DNA of 64,000 bases from Caldilineales bacterium (lineage in GTDB: Bacteria; Chloroflexota; Anaerolineae; J102): contig JAIBAP010000007.1 of NCBI GenBank assembly GCA_019695115.1, positions 48,793-112,792 on the forward strand, given 5' to 3'. Positions within the stretch are counted from its first letter, which is position 1. Every line of letters begins with the position of its first letter. The position numbers and the translations under genes were made by a program. The notes under the pieces are model-generated. The model did not search any database. It was not told the DNA's origin and saw only the letters and a program-made list of their open reading frames with translations. Positions 37,163 to 44,618 of this stretch are shown here, one piece after another.

Positions 37163-38250
37163 TCACCAGGTCACGTGCCGCACCCGGCCGGGCGGGCTGA
37201 GCGGGATCAGGCGGCCGTCTTCCTCCTGCCGGACGACGTTCACCCACCAGATCAGTTCGGGTGGGCGCTCGCCAGGGGACGGGCGCAGGGCGGGGTCGAG
37301 GCGGGCGCTGCTGTTGCGGGTGAGGATGGTTTCGATGGGTGGGAGGGTGGGGTCGGCATAGGCCAGGTGCACCGCGTACCAGGCGCCTTCGGGCAGCAGG
37401 TCGACTGTCACCCAACGCAGGGTAAGCGCTTGGTCGCCGACGATGATGCTGTGGTCGGGGGGGCTGATCGGGGCCGGGGCCGGATAGACGGGTGTTGGCA
37501 AGGGGGCGGCGCCCTCGGCGTCTTCTCTGGCCAGGCCGACGGGGATGGCGAGGATGGTGCCGGGGATGAGGTCGTTGGCGTCGCCGATGTCGTTGTTGGC
37601 GATGATGTCGCCGATGGCGACGCCGAGCGTCTCGGCGATGCCGGTGAGGGTGTCGCCGGGCTTGACCTGGTAGTTGACGGCGCCCATGACCGGCGTGGGG
37701 GTGGTCGGGCCATTAGCCGGGCCATTAGCCGGGCCGGCGGTTTCAGGCAGGGATGCCGCCGGGGGTGGGATCACCAGCACCATGTTGGGCAGCAACGGTG
37801 GGGGCGTGGTCCAGTTGTTGGCGGCCAGGAGCTGGTCGAGGGTGATGCCGAAGTTGCCGGCGATGCCGAGTAGCGTGTCGCCGCTCACGACGGTGTAGGC
37901 GATGGGGGCCGGGGTGGGGGTGGGGCTGGGGGTGGGGGTGGGGGTGGGGACGGGGGTGAGGGTGGAGGTGGGGGTGGGGGTGAGGGTGGGGGTGGGGGTG
38001 GGGCTGGGCGTCAGGGCCAGGACGCGCTCGGCTGTATCCCACCGCCACCAAAGGGCCAACACGGCCAGGATGCCCAAGACGAGGGCGATGTCGGCAAAGG
38101 GTGGTCGCCAGCGACGACGGGCGGGCGTGACCAGGTCGTAGCCGCACATGAAGCAGTCGGCGGCGCTGTGGCTGACGCGCGCCCCGCAGTTGGGGCAGAT
38201 GCGGGCGGAAGGGGGATGGGAGGACACGGGGGGGAATGCGGAGTGCGGAT
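37163..38250 (-). CDS. Zinc-ribbon/TM/PT-linker/double LysM domain protein
   Basis: N-terminal CPNCG...CFMCGY zinc ribbon, one TM (IALVLGILAVLALWW), a (TPTP)n linker and two LysM motifs (YTVVSGDTLLGIAGNFGITLDQL; YQVKPGDTLTGIAETLGVAIGDII). The start is uncertain (GTG/ATG between 38250 and 38341) because the 5' end runs into heptamer repeats. Confidence 0.65.
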
Positions 38251-38309
38251 TGCGGATTTGGAAATGTGTGTTGCGTGTTTCGTGTTCCGTGGTGCGTGGT
38301 GCGTGAAAA
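38234..38309. repeat. Degenerate heptamer repeats (GANTGCG)x4 and (GTGNNNC)x6
   Basis: gaatgcg gagtgcg gattgcg gatttgg ... gtgttgc gtgtttc gtgttcc gtggtgc gtggtgc gtgaaaa, lying in the 5' region of the LysM gene. Confidence 0.8.
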
Positions 38310-38329
38310 CCGCCGATGTTTTCTCGCAT

Positions 38330-38497
38330 TTCACGCTTCACGTTTCACGCTTCACGTTTCACGTTTCACGCTTCACGTTTCACGCTTCACGCTTCACGTT
38401 TCACGCTTCACGTTTCACGCTTCACGCTTCACGTTTCACGTTTCACGTTTCACGCTTCACGCTTCACGTTTCACGCTTCACGTTTCACGCTTCACGT
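38330..38497. repeat. Heptanucleotide tandem repeat (TTCACGY)x24
   Basis: Perfect 7-bp periodicity with C/T alternation at position 7. Intergenic, between the stop of the GT-C-like gene (38530) and the 5' region of the LysM gene. Confidence 0.95.
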
Positions 38498-38529
38498 ATT
38501 ACGGCCTTCCTGACAAATCAACTCAACAA

Positions 38530-40263
38530 TCAATAAGAGATACGTAATAGGAAATAAGCGATGTAGTCGGAGAAAAGTAGCGTGATCAGCAATAGGAGCG
38601 AAAATAGCGAGATCAGGGCGGCGGCGGTGCGCAGGGGCGTGTTGCCAAAACGGATGCTCACGTCGTGTTCGCCGGCGGGCAGGTCGAGGGTGATGAGGGC
38701 GTCGGGGCCGGCGCTGCGCAGGGCGATCTCTTCGCCGTTGGCCGTCCCCTGCCAGCCAGGATACCAGTAGGTGTAGAACTGGAGGGTGACGGGGGTGCGG
38801 GCGAGGACGCGCACGCGCTCGGAGCCGCCGCCGTGGCGGGTGGGCGTGACTTCGCCCTCGCCGGCGATGATACCCGCAAGGGGCAGGGTTCCGCCAGTCA
38901 GGTAGGCGTCCAGTTTGGGGCTGGCGATGGGCGGTTGGCCGGCAAAGGCGGTGGAGCCGCGCATGTCGGGGAAGGCGACCTCGAAATCGGTGACGGCGGC
39001 GGGGCTTTGGTTGCGGGCGCTGACGGGGGTGTGTTCGGGCCGGAGGGTGGGGTAGGAGGCGAGGACGATGGCCAGGCCGATGGCCAGGGCAGGGGTCGGG
39101 AGCGGGGCGGCTGGGGTCTTGGCGGCCGGCCGCCGGGGGAGGAGGGCGGCCAGGACGGCGGCCGCCGTCAGGGCCAGGAAGAGGTCCGCCATCGCCAGTA
39201 AGCGGAAGGGGAACTGGATAAGGGCGAGGGGCGGGAGGGCGGCCCAGATCGGCTGCGTGACGGCCAACATGCCAAGGATGGCGATGAGGGCGGCGGCCAG
39301 GAAGCCGGCCAGAAGGCCGCGATGGGCGAGGCGGGCCCGCCACAGCAGGAGCAGGGCTGCCAGGCCGAGAATGAACAGCCAAAGCCCGATCTGTTGGCTC
39401 ATACCGTCGTCGGGGCCGGGGAGGGCGTGGCCGAAGCCCCAATCGAGGCTGAGAAGCTGGAAGAGGTAGGGGTACTGTTTGGCGTAGTTGTAGGCGTCGG
39501 GCAGCCACTGCGCCTGGACGATGTAGGGGCTTTCGGCCAGGGCCGGGAGCAGGAAGATGGTGGCCATCCCGCCCGCCAGCAGCCCCGCCAGCAGGACGGC
39601 GAAACTCCGCTGCCAGGGGAAGCGCCCGGTCTGCCGCCGGTGCAGCAGCAGCCAGTAGAGGATCAGGCCGATGAGGAAGGGCGGGAAGATGAGCAGGGTG
39701 ACGCTGTGCGTGAGCAGGGTGAGGCCCAGGCTGAGGCCGGCCAGGGCCAGCCGGCGCCGCCCGCCCCGTTCGATCAGATCCCAGAAGCAATACAGCACCC
39801 AGGGGAAGAGGGCGAAGGCGACGAATTCGGCCAACGCCGCCCGCACGTAGATGTTGACCAGGTGGTACGGGGCGAAGGCGTAGAGCAGCCCGGCCACGAA
39901 GCCAGCGCCCGCTCCCCACAGCCGGCTGGCGAAGCGGTACATGGTGAGGCCAGAAAGGAGGAAGGCCAGACCCCAGGTGAGTTTGACGGCCGCAACGATG
40001 CTCGCGCCCAGGAGGTGAAAGGCTTCGGCGATGTAGAAGGCCAGCGGCGCATAGAAGGTGAAGAGCGGGTAGCCGTAGCCGAGCACGTGGTCGGTCGCCC
40101 AGCGCGGCCAGAAGAAGCCGTCACGGATGCCCTGGTCGAATTCGACCAGCCAGAACAGGCTGTGGGCGGCGTCGTGGGCGCGCAGGAAGTAGCCGGGCGC
40201 CATCAGCGGCGCGCAGCCGATCAAGGTAAGGAAGAGCAGGAGGACGAGAGGGGAGCGGCGCAA
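38530..40263 (-). CDS. Polytopic GT-C-like membrane protein (PTPS-related/YfhO-like family), putative glycosyltransferase
   Basis: ~577 aa with ~11 TM segments in the N-terminal two thirds (FWPRWATDHVLGYGYPLFTFYAPLAFYIAEAF) and a C-terminal extracytoplasmic domain. It is a paralog of the next gene. The start is a TTG at 40263, immediately abutting a heptamer array. Confidence 0.5.
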   Translation of the reverse strand: MRRSPLVLLLFLTLIGCAPLMAPGYFLRAHDAAHSLFWLVEFDQGIRDGFFWPRWATDHVLGYGYPLFTFYAPLAFYIAEAFHLLGASIVAAVKLTWGLAFLLSGLTMYRFASRLWGAGAGFVAGLLYAFAPYHLVNIYVRAALAEFVAFALFPWVLYCFWDLIERGGRRRLALAGLSLGLTLLTHSVTLLIFPPFLIGLILYWLLLHRRQTGRFPWQRSFAVLLAGLLAGGMATIFLLPALAESPYIVQAQWLPDAYNYAKQYPYLFQLLSLDWGFGHALPGPDDGMSQQIGLWLFILGLAALLLLWRARLAHRGLLAGFLAAALIAILGMLAVTQPIWAALPPLALIQFPFRLLAMADLFLALTAAAVLAALLPRRPAAKTPAAPLPTPALAIGLAIVLASYPTLRPEHTPVSARNQSPAAVTDFEVAFPDMRGSTAFAGQPPIASPKLDAYLTGGTLPLAGIIAGEGEVTPTRHGGGSERVRVLARTPVTLQFYTYWYPGWQGTANGEEIALRSAGPDALITLDLPAGEHDVSIRFGNTPLRTAAALISLFSLLLLITLLFSDYIAYFLLRISY

Positions 40264-40271
40264 AGGGAGGG

Positions 40272-40474
40272 GGTGGCAGGTGGCAGGTGGCGGGTGGCAG
40301 GTGGCAGGTGGCAGGTGGCAGGTGGCAGGTGGCGGGTGGCGGGTGGCAGGTGGCAGGTGGCGGGTGGCAGGTGGCGGGTGGCGGGTGGCAGGTGGCAGGT
40401 GGCAGGTGGCGGGTGGCAGGTGGCGGGTGGCAGGTGGCGGGTGGCAGGTGGCAGGTGGCAGGTGGTGGGTGGCA
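40272..40474. repeat. Heptanucleotide tandem repeat (GGTGGCR)x29
   Basis: 203 bp of ggtggca/ggtggcg units immediately (8 nt) upstream of the TTG start of the GT-C-like membrane protein gene at 40263, on the minus strand. Confidence 0.95.
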
Positions 40475-40532
40475 GAGCTTGTCCCTTCGCTCCGTTCAGG
40501 GCAGGCTCTGAGTGAAACGAAGGATGGCAGGT

Positions 40533-40579
40533 GGCTCGTTGGTTGTTGACTGTTGATTGTTGACTGTTGATTGTTGAGT
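40533..40579. repeat. Heptanucleotide tandem repeat (TGTTGAN)x~7
   Basis: ttgttgac tgttgat tgttgac tgttgat tgttgag tgttgac tgtt. The unit ACTGTTG is the reverse complement of cyanobacterial STRR3 (CAACAGT). It lies just 3' of the stop of gene 40596..42353. Confidence 0.9.
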
Positions 40580-40595
40580 GTTGACTGTTTTCCCC

Positions 40596-42353
40596 TTATC
40601 TTCTTCTTTGCCAGAGGAGCAGGGCGATGAGCAGGATGAGGGAGACAAGCGAGAGGATGTCGCTGGCGCGGCGGATGGGTGTGTCTTCAAAGCTGAGACG
40701 GAGGAGATGGTCGCCAGCGGGGACGGGGACAGATAGCAGGCCGTAAGGTGGGCGGGTGTGGGCTGGGGTGAGGGCGAAACGGTCGAGGACGGTGTTCGTG
40801 GCGGGATCGAGGAGGGTGGCCGTCCAGCCGGGGTACCACTGGCGCAGGAAGGGCACCCGCTCGCCCTCGCTTCCGGCATGAACCCAGAGGGTTTCGCTGG
40901 TCACGCTGTGTTCGAGGCTGTTCACGGCCAGGGTTTCGTCCTGGGGCGCCAGGCTATAATCGACCTGGCTTGTGACCGGCGTCCCGGCCATGTGCAGGTC
41001 GGCAATGGGCGACCAGGCCGGGATTTCCTGGGCGGTGATGGTCATGCCGGTCATTTCGTCGGCGCTGCGCTGGAATTCCATCAGCCCGGCCAGGGTGGCG
41101 CCGCCGGGCGGGGGCGGCGCCACCTCGACCTTCAGATAAGCGGCGCTGCCCAGGATGATCAGGCCGGCCAGCAGCAGCGGCGGCAACCAGCCTTCGTTTT
41201 CCTCGCCCAACACGGTGGGGGCCAGGACGGCCAGGGCCAGGGCGGCCAGGGTGAGGTAGCGCCAGGGGAACTGGGCCGATGACACCAGCGGCAGGTGGTC
41301 CCAGGCCCAGGTCGAAACGGCGGTGGTCAGCCAGAGGCTGGCGAGCAACACCGCCAGCCAGAAGCCGATTTCCAGCCGCGAGCGGGCGTCGCGGCGCAGC
41401 CAACGCCACCCGGCCAGCGCAGCCAGGGCGAAGGGAACCAGGCCGAGCTGGTAGCTGAGGGGGTCGTTGGGGCCAGGTTCACTGATGCCGAAACCCCAGC
41501 GCGGGTCGAAAAGTTGGGCGAAGTAGACGAAATGGTCGTGGAAGTCGTAATAGCCCTTGAACCACTGGTCGAGGTTGACGAAACGGGCTTCGAGCAGGGC
41601 CGGGAGGACGAAGAAGGCGGCCAGGGCCAGGCCGAGGCCCATCCCCAGGACTGGAGCGATCAACGCCCGCAGCCCGGTTCGCAGCCGCTTGCCCCGATCC
41701 GGGCTGCGGCGGGCGACGCCGATGACCAGGATGAGGATGTAGCCGGCCAGGACGGGCGTGAAGATGAGGGCGACCAGGTTGGAGCTGAGGTGGACGGCGG
41801 CATAGCCGAGGGCGGCAAGGGCGAGGCTGCGCGGGCAGGGCCGGAGGACGGCGCGGCGGGCGCCCAACAGGGCCAGCGGCAGCAGGGCCAGGGCCAGGCT
41901 TTCGGCCATGGCTGCGCGCACATAGATGTCGACCAGATGGTAGGGCGCATAGACAAAGGCCACGGCCGCCACCAGCGCCGCCCGCTCGCCCCGCCAATCG
42001 CGCACGAAGAACCACATACACCAGGCGCCCACCAGGATGGTGGCGATGAAGGTGGCTTCGACCGCGCCCTCAAGGCTGAGCGGCAACAGGCGATAGAGCA
42101 GCGTCCCCAGAAAGGTGGCGGCGGGGGCGTAGATGTTGAAGAAGGGGTAGCCGTAGCCAAAGGCCCAGTCGGGCGACCAGCGCGGGAAGATCGTGCCTTC
42201 GTTCCAGGTCAGGTTGTATTGCAGGATGAAGTAAACATCGTGCCGGGCGTCGTGCGCACCCCAGAAGTAGCCCGGCCGCAGCAAGGGCGCGAGGGCGAAG
42301 GCGCACAACAGGGTCGTGGCCCAGAAGGAAGGAGAGCGGAGGAAGCGGGGCAC
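40596..42353 (-). CDS. Polytopic GT-C-like membrane protein, paralog (PTPS-related/YfhO-like family)
   Basis: FPRWSPDWAFGYGYPFFNIYAPAATFLGTLLY aligns with the paralog. By alignment the likely start is a GTG at 42353; the track's ATG at 42485 adds an Arg/Pro-rich extension that is absent from the paralog. Confidence 0.5.
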   Translation of the reverse strand: MPRFLRSPSFWATTLLCAFALAPLLRPGYFWGAHDARHDVYFILQYNLTWNEGTIFPRWSPDWAFGYGYPFFNIYAPAATFLGTLLYRLLPLSLEGAVEATFIATILVGAWCMWFFVRDWRGERAALVAAVAFVYAPYHLVDIYVRAAMAESLALALLPLALLGARRAVLRPCPRSLALAALGYAAVHLSSNLVALIFTPVLAGYILILVIGVARRSPDRGKRLRTGLRALIAPVLGMGLGLALAAFFVLPALLEARFVNLDQWFKGYYDFHDHFVYFAQLFDPRWGFGISEPGPNDPLSYQLGLVPFALAALAGWRWLRRDARSRLEIGFWLAVLLASLWLTTAVSTWAWDHLPLVSSAQFPWRYLTLAALALAVLAPTVLGEENEGWLPPLLLAGLIILGSAAYLKVEVAPPPPGGATLAGLMEFQRSADEMTGMTITAQEIPAWSPIADLHMAGTPVTSQVDYSLAPQDETLAVNSLEHSVTSETLWVHAGSEGERVPFLRQWYPGWTATLLDPATNTVLDRFALTPAHTRPPYGLLSVPVPAGDHLLRLSFEDTPIRRASDILSLVSLILLIALLLWQRRR

Positions 42354-42421
42354 GGGAGACAACAGCCCCAGGTCGCGGCCTGGGGCTGGATGAAAGGCAG
42401 GGAAGTGGGCGGGGCGCCGGA

Positions 42422-43720
42422 TCAGGGCGGGGGTTCTTCGATGTAGATTTCGATCCACGGCGCACAGGTGGGGTTGGCCGTGCACTCGCTGGAATAGAAC
42501 TGATACCAGACGTTCGAGCCTTGCTCGCCGCGGAAGAGGAAGCCGTTGTTCTGGTCGGGATGGGCGTACATGTCCTGGATCTGCGAGCTGATGTCCCAGG
42601 TGTAGCTGCGGACCTGCGGCGTCAGTTGGGCTTCGGCGATGATCTGGTCCGAGCGGTCGACGCCGAGGCTGTCGGCGCCGGGTCTAGCCCAGCGAACTGA
42701 CGCCGTGGCGCTGTTCCAGGTGACGGCGGCCTCGTCCCACGGGCGCAACAGGCGATAGAGCCGCGCCCGCGAGGTGCCGCTGTTGTTGGGGTTGTTGCCA
42801 GCCTCCACCAGGTTCATGTGCAGCTTCGCCGCCAGGGGCTTGACGCCCGGCCCCAGAGACGGCGGGACGATCTTCATGGCCAGGTGCCATTGTTTGTCGC
42901 CGCGGATCGAGGCAACCGGAGAGGAGCCGTTGTTCAGGTCTGGCTCCCAGCCGTTCAGGTTGCCTTCGCTGATACCGTTATAGCCATCCACGCCGGGGCG
43001 AGCGATGATCCAGCGGCGAGAGGGGCCAGCGACGAAACGCATCAGGCCCTGGGCAGGCGTGGGCGCGTTATAGGTCTCGCCCTCCCACACCAGATACTGC
43101 AAACCCAGCCCGACATCGCGATCCTGCACGCCCCAGGTGAAGCCGATCTGGGCGTTGGAGAGGAAATCGGAGCCGAATTGGTCGAGTGGGATCGAGGCTT
43201 CGGTCAGCCAGCCATTGGCGCGGCGGATGGTCTGCGACTCGACGCCCAGGGCCAGCCCGCCGCTGTTGGTCGCCAGTCCGTCCGGGCTGAAGGTGAGGCG
43301 GATGTCGCCCAGGCTGAAGATGCCGCTGTTGTCCACATCGAAGGTGAAGGCGGCCATGTCGTCGAAATGCCAGTTGCGCGCGACGCGCACGACATTGTCG
43401 TCGGTGACATCGAAGGCGATGTAGAGTTTGTCGGAATCCCAGACCAGGCTGGCCCAGGCGCTGAGGTCATTGGGCTGCGGGCGTTCGTCGACCGGCGGAA
43501 AGCTGGCGGTGGTGCGGTCGAGCTGGATTTTTTGGTAGCCGCTCCAATCGCTGAGGTTGCCATCGACGACGGGCGGCGTGCGCTGCCAGACGACATCGAA
43601 GCTCCTGGCGGCGGGGTTGGCAGGGGCGGCGCGGAGGGAGGCGGCGGGGCCGATGAGCAAACCACCGAGGGCGAGCAAGATCGGCAGGAGGGAGCGAAAT
43701 CGCAAGGGAAGAAGGGGCAT
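42422..43720 (-). CDS. Secreted protein with CBM9/DOMON-like carbohydrate-binding domain(s)
   Basis: Signal peptide MPLLPLRFRSLLPILLALGGLLIGPAASLRA, with an ATG at 43718-43720. The VVDGNLSDWSG...LYIAFDVTDD pattern matches the CBM9-like family. Confidence 0.5.
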   Translation of the reverse strand: MPLLPLRFRSLLPILLALGGLLIGPAASLRAAPANPAARSFDVVWQRTPPVVDGNLSDWSGYQKIQLDRTTASFPPVDERPQPNDLSAWASLVWDSDKLYIAFDVTDDNVVRVARNWHFDDMAAFTFDVDNSGIFSLGDIRLTFSPDGLATNSGGLALGVESQTIRRANGWLTEASIPLDQFGSDFLSNAQIGFTWGVQDRDVGLGLQYLVWEGETYNAPTPAQGLMRFVAGPSRRWIIARPGVDGYNGISEGNLNGWEPDLNNGSSPVASIRGDKQWHLAMKIVPPSLGPGVKPLAAKLHMNLVEAGNNPNNSGTSRARLYRLLRPWDEAAVTWNSATASVRWARPGADSLGVDRSDQIIAEAQLTPQVRSYTWDISSQIQDMYAHPDQNNGFLFRGEQGSNVWYQFYSSECTANPTCAPWIEIYIEEPPP

Positions 43721-43827
43721 GGGAAGGGAAAGTCTCCTCAAAAGGGTATGTGGTTTTGGGGAGTTGAGACGTAGTGTAGCGCAAAGCCGGTCGCGCGGCG
43801 AAATCACAGCCTCTGGGCAAGCGCCCT

Positions 43828-44295
43828 TCATTCGGCCACAGCCGAGGCCAGCCCCCCGCCCAAGGCCCCCATCATCCCCCCCACCAGCCAGATCACGCCG
43901 CACAAAAGCACCGAGAAGAACAGACTGCCGCCCACCGTATCCAGCCGCATCAAGTCCATGCCGGCGTTGGCAAAGGCCTCGAGCACGCCCTGCGGCAGCA
44001 GGTGCAGGCTGGTCATGGTGTCGCCGGCCAGGTTGAAGCGCACCGGCGACAAGGCGATGTTGACCAGGCCGTCCACGATCCCGGCCAGGATGCCTGCGCC
44101 CAGGCCCGCCACCGCCGCCCGGTTGCGGAAACCGAGCTGGATGGCCATGCGCCCGGCCAGGAAGCCGCCAATGGCATAGGCAAGCAGCCGCAGCGGCAGA
44201 GCGGCAAAGCCACAGACCGGGATCACCCCCAGCACCGAGAAAGCCACAGCCAGCAGTGCGCCCACCAGCCCCCCGCGCAACAGGCTACGGCTCAC
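43828..44295 (-). CDS. Small integral membrane protein (4 TM), unknown function
   Basis: 155 aa with Gly/Ala-rich hydrophobic helices. GTG start with GGAG upstream. Confidence 0.45.
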   Translation of the reverse strand: MSRSLLRGGLVGALLAVAFSVLGVIPVCGFAALPLRLLAYAIGGFLAGRMAIQLGFRNRAAVAGLGAGILAGIVDGLVNIALSPVRFNLAGDTMTSLHLLPQGVLEAFANAGMDLMRLDTVGGSLFFSVLLCGVIWLVGGMMGALGGGLASAVAE

Positions 44296-44571
44296 GGTCG
44301 TTTCTCCGGCGCGGCGGCGCTTCGTTCGTCGTTCATGGCTTCATTCTACACAGCCGCCGGTGCGCGGCCAAATAATCGGTCTCTGAACACAGATAGAGAA
44401 ATGTGGAAGTTGTTCCACTATGTACCAGGCGTTGATCGTTTCTATCATTGCAGGGTGGGAGGGTCTTGAGTGAGCAAAGGAAGCAATCCCGTTCTCCACG
44501 CGAGTTGAGTTACTTTTCGGAGAACGTAGTTTATATTACGGATTATCTCGATATTTGGAGGTATGTTTATT

Positions 44572-44594
44572 TGTGATTTCTTGAACAAATCACA
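44572..44594 (+). promoter_or_regulatory. Palindrome TGTGATTT-cttgaac-AAATCACA upstream of the secreted CBM protein gene
   Basis: Perfect 8-bp inverted arms with TGTGA/TCACA CRP-like half-sites, ~25 nt upstream of the ATG in an unusually AT-rich 300-bp intergenic region. Confidence 0.45.
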
Positions 44595-44618
44595 GGTGAA
44601 ATAAGTAGAGGTACTTCG

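Noticed and set aside
38168-38547. ORFs encoding SRFTFHA/SRFTLHV peptide repeats, and 40280..40549 encoding (AGGRWQV)n
   Set aside because: These are just translations of the heptanucleotide tandem arrays (21 bp = 3 units gives a 7-aa period). A 7-bp unit cannot be maintained in frame under slippage, there are no RBSs, and they are intergenic between convincingly placed genes.
42354-42485. ATG at 42485 as start of the GT-C-like paralog (would overlap the upstream CBM9-like gene)
   Set aside because: Alignment with the paralog (start RRSPLVLLL vs PRFLRSPSFWATTLL) indicates the N-terminus begins near the GTG at 42353. The extra 44 aa are Arg/Pro-rich and have no counterpart in the paralog.
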